A stretch of DNA of 64,000 nt. Origin: Azolla caroliniana (taxonomy: Eukaryota; Plantae; Polypodiophyta). A program made the position numbers and the translations under genes. The notes under the pieces are model-generated. The model searched no databases. It worked only from the letters and a program-made list of their open reading frames with translations, and had not been told where the DNA came from. Shown piece after piece: positions 25,301 to 37,100 of the stretch (its first letter is position 1; each line of letters begins with the position of its first letter). Where the stretch lies: NCBI GenBank assembly GCA_043228905.1, contig JBHGNT010000015.1, forward strand, positions 16,492,001 through 16,556,000. Reading direction: 5' to 3'.

Positions 25301-28300
25301 AAATAAACAAAATAAAGAACTGCTCAACAAAATAAGCAACAACTTGCAGTATTTTGCTTGACTTTGAGAAGGTTTATGATAAAGTGGATTGGGACTTTCT
25401 TGAGGCAGTGCTGTCAAGATTAGGCTTTCCTGCTGCATGGATAAAAGGTGTCTCTACCCTATATAGGCATGATTCTAGTTCTGTCTTGTTTGCTGGAGGA
25501 TATGGGCCATTATTTCCTATCTCTAGGTCAGTTCGGCAAGGATGCCCTCTCGCCCCATTTCTTTTCATCTTGTTTGGGGAAGCCCTATCCTCCTACCTAA
25601 GATCATCTTTGGCAAGTATAAGAGGTATAGCATTACCTTTTACACAACCTAGTGTATTGGATGCTGAATTTGCAGATGACATGGCCCTTTATGTTGATAG
25701 GGAAATTGGAAATCTCGGTCGGGTACAAGATGCTTTGCAAGTTTTTCCAAATGCTACAGGTGCATCACTTAATTGGAACAAGTCAGTTGGATTTTGGGTA
25801 GGCGAAGAAACTCACCATGCATGGTATCCAGGTCCTTCTTTCCAATGGCAAATCATGGTGAATCAGTTCGTTATTTGGGATGTATGGTTGGAATAGATTT
25901 GTGGCCAGAAGCAATGTTATCGCCACTACTATTATCAATAAAATGTAAACTAATACATTGGGATGCCCAACAATTGTCCTTTGCAGGTCAGGTTGTAGTA
26001 CCCAACTTTGTATTGCCAACTTCAATGTGGTTTATAGCATCCGTTTGGCTATTTTCTAGATCTGCAATAACGAAAGTGCAAAGTTTGATCCGGAATTTCC
26101 TCTTGGGGGGGGGGGGGGGGGGGGGGGGGAACAAGGATCTCCAACAATAGCCAAAGTTGCTTGGAATGTGTTAATCCAACCTAAAAGCAATGGAGGTTTC
26201 GGTTTGATAGACCCTTTAATGCAGTCAAGAGCCCTTTTGACTAAGTTTGTGATTAGAGGATTGTTGTGAGGATCAGAATCTTGGAAAGGGATATTTTTAA
26301 ATCAATTGAAATTGTTAAGTCCTAAGACGTGTGGTGTTTGGTCACCCTCTTTAAAATGGTTATTCTTGAATGATGTACAAACACCAAGGCGGGATCTTGC
26401 ATCCAACAGATTTTTTCTTAAGTCATTCTTGCTTAAGGACAAGCCTTAAACGTGGGATGCACTACTTAATCAACCTCTTCTTGCTAATTCTTTATTTCGG
26501 GATAATGCAAGAAAAGTCTTGGGCCTGAGAAGTTGGAACTCACCTTGCCTGGGGGAAATTGGATAATGGGCCTACTGCATCTGTAAGAACGTGGAATCAA
26601 TTTCAGCAAATGTCACAAGAAGACCGTCTTCCACAGTTACAATCAGCTCATGGTGCCAAGATAACGACTACTAGTATATTAGTAGCATATTCTTCGTTTT
26701 CTATAACCTTTCAACCCAGGAAGTAACATATGTGGTTTGGATGCTTCATAAATGACACATTGGTGGCTGTCAAGGCAGTTTCACCTAACGGGTGTGCTTC
26801 TTACTTTCATGTCCTAGACAATCATACATTAGAGTGCAGGTATATACAACACCTGCGAAGTGCACCAGTTAGAGTGGTTGCTAAATTTGGAAAGAAATGG
26901 ATGCTCGATCCTTATCCTTCAATTGCTCATACGTGTGATATGTTGTGGTTATATGCAAAAGATCCGGTTTCAAGATTAACATGGGATCCGGGGGGTTGGT
27001 TTTGGTCACATTCCTTGGGGGAACAGATCATAAAGTTTCCTTTCTTTCAATACTCAGTAAAACTTGGAAAAGCACTATTGCTTTCTCAAAATGCAAGGAT
27101 ACCAGCATCTCAGAAACATTGAACCACTTAGGGGGTCTCAACTTTGCATTTGAAAACCTATTGGAAATGGATTTGGTCATTCAAGGGGCCAACTAAATTT
27201 ATTCTCTTCATATGGCTATTAGTGCCTATGGCCTTACCAGTTGGTCACTCATTGAAAGGGAATGTAACACTCAATCTTGACAATGTGACTTTTGCCATGA
27301 AGCGTTGTCGTGAAGATTTTCAGCAATGGTGTGAAAATTGAATAAAACATACGAAATCGAGTATGAATCACATAAAACAATAATAGTGAAGATTCTAATT
27401 TGAAATAAGTTTAATATCTTGGTACAAAAAGATGAGAGCTTTCGAATGCACTTCACTACATAAAAAACGGACATCTAAGTGTCAAGTTATGTGGCTTATG
27501 AAGTTTTGCAAAAGAAAAAGAGAAAAATAAAACTGTGGAATATCCCACATAGATAGGAAAAGTTTAGGCTCCAGCTATATAAGAAGATTAAGATCTATCA
27601 TATTTCATCTATGTGTTAAGAGCACATAAGAAATAGTTGGACATGGGCCACTTTTGTCTAGATGGACATATGTGGCTAAGTCGTCGGATGTGGCTAAGTG
27701 CCCAAACCGGCCGATGAAGAAACTCAAACCAGTTGATGACAGGACCAAAAACCTGATGGAGCCGGCAACCGGTGACCGGACGGAACCGGCGACGGTGATG
27801 GCGCTCGATGAACGGCATCTGACGACGGAACCGGCGATCGGTGAACAGCATCCGGCGACGGAGCGGGCGAGCCGGCGGCATCCGGCGTCAGAGCCAATGA
27901 GCCGGTTCGGAACCGGCGATGGAGCTGGTGAGCCAATTCGGAACCGGCAACCGGCGACCGGTTGGTTACCGAAGCGACTTGGGATGCGGACCGAACCAAA
28001 TTGGGATGCGGACTGGGCCGAACCAAATGGATGCAAATCGGACGGATTGGTCGGGTCGGTTGATTGCAGTGCATGGTGTCTTAAAGATATTTGGTCCAAA
28101 ATCATAATAGTATTTTGTGCATAAAAGAAAAAGATGTAAGCAAAACTCGAACTTTGCACCTCCAAGATAGGAAGCAATAGACTTACCATTAAGCCAAGTC
28201 ATTTCTTTAGGGATTATATTTTTATCATTATACCTTTACATGTAAATTCTCATATTAGAGCTTGATTGAGTGACATGTGATGCATGAGCGCCAAATGGCA

Positions 28301-29370
28301 AACATGCATTCCATGCATTGTATGCATGTCTTGTACCCTCACATGCATCATATGCATGGGAGCATCTATAAAAGGGTAGATGAAAAAGATCAAAGGGAGC
28401 TTTGTACTTTATATCCAATTGATGTATTATTCAAGAATTTAAGAAGAAGAAAAATCGTTCTCCAATTGATGTATAAATCTTATTCTCTCTCAATCTAAAG
28501 TCAAGGGTTCTATCTTATCTCAATCTCTCTCTCTTTCAATCTATCTTAATTCCTTTCTTGTTAAAGCTAGTGCAAACTTTGAGTCCTTTCAGTCCAGAAC
28601 CCCGGTGGTTCCACCTCACGATCCGCACGTAGTGACGGATCTTCACGACAGCGTAGGAGACTACCAAGCATGCCCTTTGCTCATGTTCCTTGGTTCAACA
28701 AGTTTGGAATAAAGTTCTTTCGTTATTTTTAACAATCAATGTTGGTTGCCTATTTTCATGGGGATCAACAATGTGGGGAGTGTTACATTCCAGTTTGATG
28801 TTGTATGAGGCAAAGGATGTTCAAGAGGTAATGATTGTACATAATAGAAGATTGATATTGGCCAGCCCCTTTCAACAACCTCGAAAGCAGGTGCGATTTA
28901 CCCAAATATAGAAAACGGTGACTACAATAACGTTATGGGCATTATGGAAATGTCGATGCAACCGACATTATGATGCGACATATCAGTGTCTCTCAGATGT
29001 CTTGCGTGAGATATGGGACAACTTGGTGGTAGTAGTCCGCGGCCAGTATGACAACATGCAGGGTTCACCAGAGACTGTGAACAAGAGAAAGAAGAAGTTG
29101 CTTCACTTATGGAAAAAGTTACCCCTATTTTCTGAGTCAACTCAAGGGCCTCAATGGAACTATCAACTTCCTTGGACCCTTTCTTGATTAGCAATGATGC
29201 ACGGCAGAATGCAACAAATTATTTTTTACCTTTTACAAAGTTCTAGCTTTGGTCTTAGATTATCGTATATCATTGTACATGAAAATTGTAAGCTTTTGGG
29301 CACATAAGCTTTAGTTGTAGCATTCACATGTTTTTCTTAATACTAATGAGGAAAATCTTCGAAAGAAAAA
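25301..29370 (+). mobile_element. 5'-truncated, decayed L1-clade LINE (RT and C-terminal zinc knuckle), interrupted by a solo LTR
   Basis: LDFEKVYDKVDW, RQGCPLAPFLF, EFADD; CX2CX8HX4C (CDFCHEA*ETTKHALCSC) spans the nested LTR; A-rich tail; TSD AAAAGTTTGCATCACA at 25285-25300 and 29371-29386. Confidence 0.93.
27306..28650 (+). mobile_element. 1345-bp solo LTR of the TGTCGTGAAGA group
   Basis: 12-bp perfect inverted termini TGTCGTGAAGAT/ATCTTCACGACA; 4-bp TSD GCGT; TATA-like CTATAAAA near 28366; reiterated GGAACCGGCGA motifs. Confidence 0.85.
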
Positions 29371-29604
29371 AAAAGTTTGCATCACATACTCCAATTAGTG
29401 TTTCACCAATACCTGATTGAACTATACCAAAAGGAGGCTTGTCTCTTCCAAGCCCTAGTTTTCGTCCCTAAATAGTTTGAGCTAGAGGGTTCACACCAAT
29501 CTTGCCAACTTGCTTTTTCCCTTAGCATGTCCTACTTATAACAATCTACAACTAAAAGGCACACACAAACAAGAGTTTACAATTTTCTTCCACATACTTA
29601 TATC

Positions 29605-29986
29605 CATAGTTCCTAATATTCGCGTACGTCCAATTTACTGGACGTACACAAACGTTTGCAAACGTACACGTATGATACGCGATATTCGTTTGGCTTTTTC
29701 TTCTTTTTTTTGACTTTTTGGGGGTTTTTTTAATTTTTGATATTCATAATTCATGAATAGAAGTGACATCTGACACACACACACACTCTCGCTCTCTCGC
29801 TCTCTCACGAGAACTGACAGATTTTCTCTCTCTACATAATCTAGATATCTAATATACATATTACACACTCCCTCACACAGACAAAACCCATAGCTCCTCT
29901 CTCTCTCTCTTTCTAGAGTCTAGATATACACTCAATCACTGTCTCCTCACACATGCAAAACAGGGCTTCTCTCTCTAGACCACACA

Positions 29987-30049
<63 letters not shown>

Positions 30050-30191
30050 TATGTACACCATATACACCATATGTATATATCTATGTACCGCGTATGGATT
30101 TCAATCATACTTGGAGCCTTTTCACGTATGAGTATGATACGAATATTGGCGTTTGAGTATGACACGAATGGGACGTATGGCTAGAACTATG
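29605..30191. mobile_element. Non-autonomous hAT-type DNA transposon (MITE-like)
   Basis: TIR CATAGTTC/GAACTATG; 8-bp TSD CTTATATC at 29597-29604 and 30192-30199; subterminal CGTAC/CGTATG motifs. Confidence 0.85.
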
Positions 30192-33100
30192 CTTATATCT
30201 AATGAGCTACTGAGTCTAGTAAGTTCGTGGGTTCCTCAGGATCCATGGGTTAGTGGGTAGTGGATTAATGGGTTAATGTATTAGTGAGTTATGAGTATGT
30301 GGCCCACATAAATCAATGCCAATAACAATGAGCAAGTTCACAAATCTATGATCTACATCAATTGACAAAAGTGAAAAAAAGAGGGTAGGGGATGATTCAG
30401 TTCTTCTCAAAGAAATATTGAATAATTTGGATAATGCATGTCTATGCACTTCATCTTTTCATGAAAGACTAAATCGTGGCAATGGCATATGGTTTGAACC
30501 ACTCTAAATCATGGGTAATCAACTATTTCAAATTTATTCAAAAGAATCTTTTAAATATGAATAAACATGGTATAAGTATTGAACCTTGTAAATTTTTTAT
30601 ATGATGGTTATCAGATTAAGTACAAAAATTTAGTGGACCGTTCAAGGGTAATGAGGGGTGATGAAAATGGTTCAAGCCAACGTCCGCATGCTAGAAAAGA
30701 ACATCACAAAAGTAACCAACACCACACTCCCAAGAAAATCATCACCAAAACATCCATTAGATGACCAATTTGATGGTTGAAACATCACCCCCTACCTAAA
30801 ATACAAAACTATGATGGCACAAGGTGGAACCATAAAAACCCAACTAATCTCTTCATTTGGACGAGTCACAATGGACAAGCTTCACGTGTGAATTCTGTTG
30901 AGAAACGAATCGTTAATTCACAAAGAAAGGAATACTGAAATACACAACTCGGAGACACAGAAAACAGTGTACACAGATTTAACGTGGAAACCCTGAAACG
31001 GGAGAAAACCGCAGAGAACAAGACTTCACTATACAGTGGATATACAATGGAGAAGATTACAACACTCTCTATGTAGAGTGTATCAGCATCACAGGGCTCT
31101 TGGCGTCTGTTGTTACGAACACAGCTATGGCGTCGCTCTCTCTCTCTCTTCTCCTTTCGCGCTCTGCAATGCCGCTCTCTAACGTTATCTACAACACTAT
31201 CTTTCTATTCCTCTTCATACATTGTTTGCCCTAGGTGTATTTATACTAATACACAATATTGGCTATTTAGAAATGTAGCCCCTACTACACATCACTACTA
31301 TTATTATTTATAATAATAAGTAGCCATCAACCGACTCTAGTGTCGATTGTCCAGTCAGTCCGACTAGTCGGCCTGGTCATCGACCATCCGGTCGGCCCGA
31401 CTAGTCGGTCGTGTCTTGGACCTGGATCTCCTTTTTGTCGACTCTCACAATCGACTCTTCAATCATCTCGACCCGAACAGTTGGCTCCTCCTAGTCTTCG
31501 ACTGTCTTCTTGGCCCAAACAGTTAGCTCCTCCCACTAGAGGGACATATTCCTAACAAACTCCCCCTTCACTCTTGTGGGGAGGAGTCCGTTATTCCTGT
31601 CCTCTATCAACAGACTCTGAGTCTGTCCATCAGTAGGTTCTTTGTCAGCATGTTGGATCCTGTAAACGTAAGTGTTTGCGGAAGCGTAAAACAGAGAACA
31701 ACACACAGAGAGAGAAAGAGAGAGACAGAGACAGAGACAGAGAGAGCAGAACACAATTTCAAAATTATATCAAGACTCTGTGCACACACTGTGCTAAGTA
31801 GCACTATTTATACAAGTCCTCTTGGGACTGACAGAAGTACCACGTACTTCAATGCTCACACGACCATCTGACACTCACTACGAGACTATAGCTACCTAGT
31901 AGTCTATCCTATACTAGGCTTCTGATTGGACTTCCGGTTACGGATTGCACCCGGCCTCCACTGCTTGCCGGTTCGGTTGCTCACCGTCATACCGATCCGT
32001 TTCGCCCGATCCATCTCGCTTACCGGCTCCAGCTTATTCAGCCAATCCGGCTCCGGTTGAGCTTGCGGCTCAACACTCCCCCTCAAGCTCAACCTGAGGT
32101 GGGGTCGTAGTGTCGACCTCTGTGGCAGTTGGTGCTTCAAGCCTTAAACCGACTTCTCCTGACGTCACTCCGCCTTGCTCGCGCTCCTTGTCCGGTCCGG
32201 TCCCGTTTGCCGCGACCCCTTTGGTTCTGCGCACCTCGACCCTTTCGGTCAGCCAGTCTGCTCAATAGGCCCATCTCAGCACTCACGTTGTTGTGACTCC
32301 GGCGCTTGCCGATCCGTCGGTTCTCCCACGATGGCATCGACTTCCGCTGTGTCTGTGTCCCCTTGGCCTTCAATCAATCCGACTCATCCGGATCCATCTG
32401 TTGATCCGAGTCAGTTGTCTCCGACTCGTTCCAGCTCTTGTCCGAATCGGTACACTCCGTTTCGACTTCCGGCTTCAGGCCTCTCACCACATCAGACCAC
32501 TTCGGAGTCTTGGCCTTCTCCATGCTTCCCTCGGCTTCTTCATCCGGTGAACCGAAATCGAATTCTTCATTCGACTCCGCATCATGGTCAGTACCGTCGT
32601 GATGACCTCCGCACAGCATGCACTTCTCTTCCTGAGTGCAGAACTCTTCTTCACAGCCGCTTGCTCCGACCTGTTCGGATGTGTCGACTTCCTTCGTCGA
32701 CTCGGCTTCCTTCAACTTCTTGTCTCCTCTTCTTCCGGCTCTCCTCTTACCGACGGGTTCAACAGTTTTTTGACCTTTGCCCGTTTCGGTAGAGACTTTG
32801 CCCTTGCTTCTCCCCCTCAAGTGCGGCACGTCGAGATGCTGAATACCAAGCATGTCGGTAAAGTGCTGCAACTTGTCCGATCCGAGCGGCTTGGTGAAGA
32901 TGTCGGCAACTTGCCGATCCGTATGAACATACCGTAGGTCAACTTCACCGCTCAGGACCCGCTCACGCACGAAGTGGTAGTGCACCTCGATGTGCTTTGT
33001 GCGAGCATGGAACACAGGGTTCTTGGCGAGCTGCAAGCTGCTCATGTTATCGCAGTAAATCGGGATTGGGGTCGGTACTTTGATCCGCAAGTCTCGCAGC

Positions 33101-34198
33101 AGTCGCCGAAGCCAAATGGCTTCACAAGTGGCAACGGTAGCGACCCGATACTCAGCCTCAGTGCTTGACAAAGCCACTGTGGGCTGCTTCTTGCTGCTCC
33201 ACGCAACGGCCGCGCTACCTATGGAGAACATGTATCCGGAAGTGGAGCGGCGATCAGACGCATCGCCGGCCCAGTCAGCATCTGTGTAACCGACAAGCTC
33301 TTCGGGTATACCCCGTCGGTATAGGAGTCCCCGGTCCTTAGTGCCGCTAACATACCGTAGTATTCGTTGCGCGCACTGAAGGTGCTCCACGATCGGCTTC
33401 TGCATGAACTGACTTACCATGCCGACCGGATAGCTGATGTCAGGTCGAGTGATGGTTAAGTAGATCAGGCTTCCGACAACCTGTCAGAACCGTTTCTCAT
33501 TGCAGGTCGATCTGGAGTTGGGACGGAGCTTCTGGTTCCGGTCCAGGGGTGTGGAGACAGGTCGGCAATCCGTCATGCCGAACTTATACAGCATATTCAA
33601 CACGTAATGTCATTGTGAGAGCATATGCCGTCGGGGGTCCGGATCACTTCGATCCCAAGAAAATAATGAAAGTCCCCCAGGTCCTTCATTTCGAATGCGT
33701 CCGACAACTGGGACTTGACGCGGTTGATTTCGGGAAGACCCGGTCCGGTGATGACTAAATCATCCACATACAAGAGTATACATACCGTACCGTCAGAGCC
33801 TTGCCGGATGAACAACGAAGAGTCCGACTTAGAGACAGCAAACCCCAGCTTACGCAACCGGTGCGTGATCTTCGTGTTCCAAGCTCGGGGGGCTTGCTTC
33901 AAGCCGTAAAGCGACTTCTTCAGTCGGCATACCGCCGACTTGTTCATCTCCGATTGAAATCCGGAGGGCTGAGTCATAAAGACCTCTTCTTCAAGCTCTC
34001 CTTGAAGGAAGACGTTCTTCACATCCATCTGGTGAAGATGCCACCCCCTTGCTGCAGCAACCGCTAGTACCACACGAACCGTCGTCATCTTCGCCACAGG
34101 AGCAAAGGTCTCGTCGTAGTCGATTCCGTGGGTCTGCGCGTATCCCTTCGCCACTAACCGGGCTTTGTACCGGTTAACAAAACCGTCGGCGTTGTACT

Positions 34199-37100
34199 TG
34201 TTGAGAATTGACGCTTCTATTCACCTTCTTATCTCGGCCACAACCGATTAATCGCGGATCAATGGAGCAGAAAATAGGAAACACACGTAGAAACAAAACG
34301 AAGAAACGCGAGTACACAAGGATTAACGTGGAAAACCCTAAACGGGGAAAAACCACGGGAGTACAAGACTCCAAACAACACTATACAGAGAAGTATACAA
34401 TGACGAGCTCCAAGGCGACGACCTTGAGCTCGCTGTCCTCGCCACAGGCGGCGGAAATACACAGAGGCGTCTACCTCTTTCTCTCTCGCGCTCTCTCTCT
34501 TTCTCTCTCTCACGGCTGCTCTCTCTTCACTCCTCTAAAGTGGAAAAACAGAAAAATGAGAAGCAACAGAAAAACTGTTTGCCCTAAGTCATATTTATAC
34601 TTATATGACTTTGGGCTATTTACAACTATAGCCTCAGGGGGCTCGTAGCGAACATATTCACGGATATGTCCCTGCATCCGGATCGCTCTCCGGGTACATT
34701 CGTCATCCGGCACCGAAGCCGGGGTCTTCGTCATCCGGATCCGAAACCGAAACCGGGCTTGTCGGCATTCATCTCCGATATCCGACCATCCCATCCGAAA
34801 GGGACCGAAATCCCAACAAACTCCCCCTTCACTTCGGCATGGGATGTCTTTCCAATCCGATCCTCTTCCGGCATGCTTCCAGCTTGTCGGGTGTGAGGAC
34901 CTTGGTCAGCATATCCGACCCGTTCTCGTCCGTGTGGATCTTTGTCAGCACGAACTCCTTGTCTTCTATCCTTTCCCGGATCCAGTGATATCTTCGCTGG
35001 ATGTGCTTCGTCCGGGAGTGATAAGCCGCGTTCTTCGCAAGGTGGATTGCACTCTGACTGTCGCAGTAGAGTCGGTACTCCTCCTGCCGGATACCGAGCT
35101 CTCTAATGAAGTCCTTCATCCATATTATTTCCTTGTCGGCTTCAACAGCTGCCATGTACTCCGCCTCCGTGGTTGACAACGCAACCGTCTTCTGCAGCCT
35201 CGACTGCCACGAAACAGCTCCCCCTGCATACGTCATCACATACCCTGATGTGGACCGGCTGGTATCTGCATCAGCCGACATATCAGAATCAGTAAAGCCT
35301 TCGAGTTCGGGCTTACCGGAGCCGAATCGGAGGCACACGTTTGCCGTGCCCTTCAGGTATCGGAGTATCCACTTGACCGCGTTCCAGTGCTCTTTGCCGG
35401 GATTGCTCATGTACCGGCTCACCACTCCGACTGCATATCCTATGTCCGGTCTCGTACACACCATGGCGTACATCAAGCTCCCGACGGCTGAGGCATACGG
35501 CACTTCCATCATATCCTCCTTTTCAGCCTTTGTCTTGGGACTTTGCTTGCTGGTCAGCTTGCAGTTTGCCGGGAGGGTCGATCCGACCGGTCTTGCTTCC
35601 GACATGTTGAACCGTTGAAGCACCTTTGTCACGTACTTCTCCTGTGACAGCCACAACTGCTTCTTCTTCCGGTCCCGGATGATGTGCATCCCTAGTATTT
35701 GCCTCGCCGGACCCAGGTCCTTCATTGAGAAGGTTCGGTGAAGAGCCTTCTTCAGCATCCGTATCTTGACCTGGTCCCGTCCGACGATCAACATGTCGTC
35801 CACGTACAGGAGGAGTATTAGGAAGTCTCCTCCTTCAAACTTCTTCACAAACACGCAGTGGTCGGACTGCGTTTTGAGGTACCCTTCGTCGGTCATGAAG
35901 GAGTCGAACTTCCGGTACCATTGCCGGGGAGCCTGCTTCAGTCCGTAAAGGCTCTTCTTCAACCGGCATACCAGGTGCTCCTTCCCTTTCTTCTCGAATC
36001 CTTCCGGTTGCTGCATGTAGATTTCTTCTTCGAGGTCACCGTGAAGGAATGCTGTCTTCACGTCCATCTGTTCTACCTCGAGGTCCATGCTTGCCGCTAT
36101 GCTCAGCACCGTCCGGATGGAGGTCATCTTCACTACCGGGGCAAATATCTCGTCGAAGTCGACGCCCTTCTTTTGCTGAAACCCCTTCACCACGATCCTG
36201 GCTTTGTATCTCGGGGGGTTTCCGGCATCTCCCGGTTTCAGCTTGAACACCCACTTGTTTCGAAGTGCCCGCTTTCCCTTCGGCAACTCCACAAGTTCAT
36301 ATGTGTGGTTCTCATGCAGGGAATCCATCTCGTCCTGCATGGCACTCAACCACCTGCGGCTCTGGGTGTCATGCTTCGCTTCTTCAAAGCTCTCCGGCTC
36401 CCCCTCGTCGGTTAGCAGCACGTGCTCTGGTTCCGGAAATCTCCGGGGGGCCCTTCTCTCTCTTAGAGGATATCTCCGTTCCGGAGCTTCGGTAACCGGT
36501 TCTTCCGATTCTTCTTCATCCGAGACCATTTCGGGATCGGGGCCGGTTCCGGTATCATTTTCATCTTCTTCGGCCGGTTCTGTGTCTTCACTGTCTTCGG
36601 CCGGATCCTCGAGTGCTAACCGGTCCCTTGCCGGTCGGGACTGCTCCTCGTAGAGTTGATCCTCACCGGTCGACTTGGAGCTCTTCATCTTCTTCTCCGA
36701 CTCCCAGTCGGCGAGCGTCTTGTTCTCCATGAAGATGATATCACGACTCCGGAATATCTTCTTGTCGACCGGGTCCCATACTCGGTAGCCGAACTCGTCG
36801 TCGCCGTAACCGAGGAATATGCATGGCCGGGTCTTCGGATCTAGCTTTCCTCTCCGGTCCTTTGCCACATGCACGTATGCGAGACACCCGAACACCTTCA
36901 GATGCCGGTAGGACACTTCCTTACCAGTCCACACTTTCTGCGGCGTGTCTCCGTCCAAAGGTACTGAGGGTGATCTGTTTATCACGTATGTCGCCGTCGA
37001 CATTGCCTCAGCCCAAAACCCCTTGGGTAATTTCGCATGCGCCAGCATACTCCGGACCCGCTCCATTATGGTCCGGTTCATCCTCTCGGCCAGCCCGTTC

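Noticed and set aside
26105-26129. Poly-G run (also poly-C at about 56969-56992) as a functional G-quadruplex
   Set aside because: Homopolymer slippage in a dead LINE or sequencing uncertainty; no supporting context.
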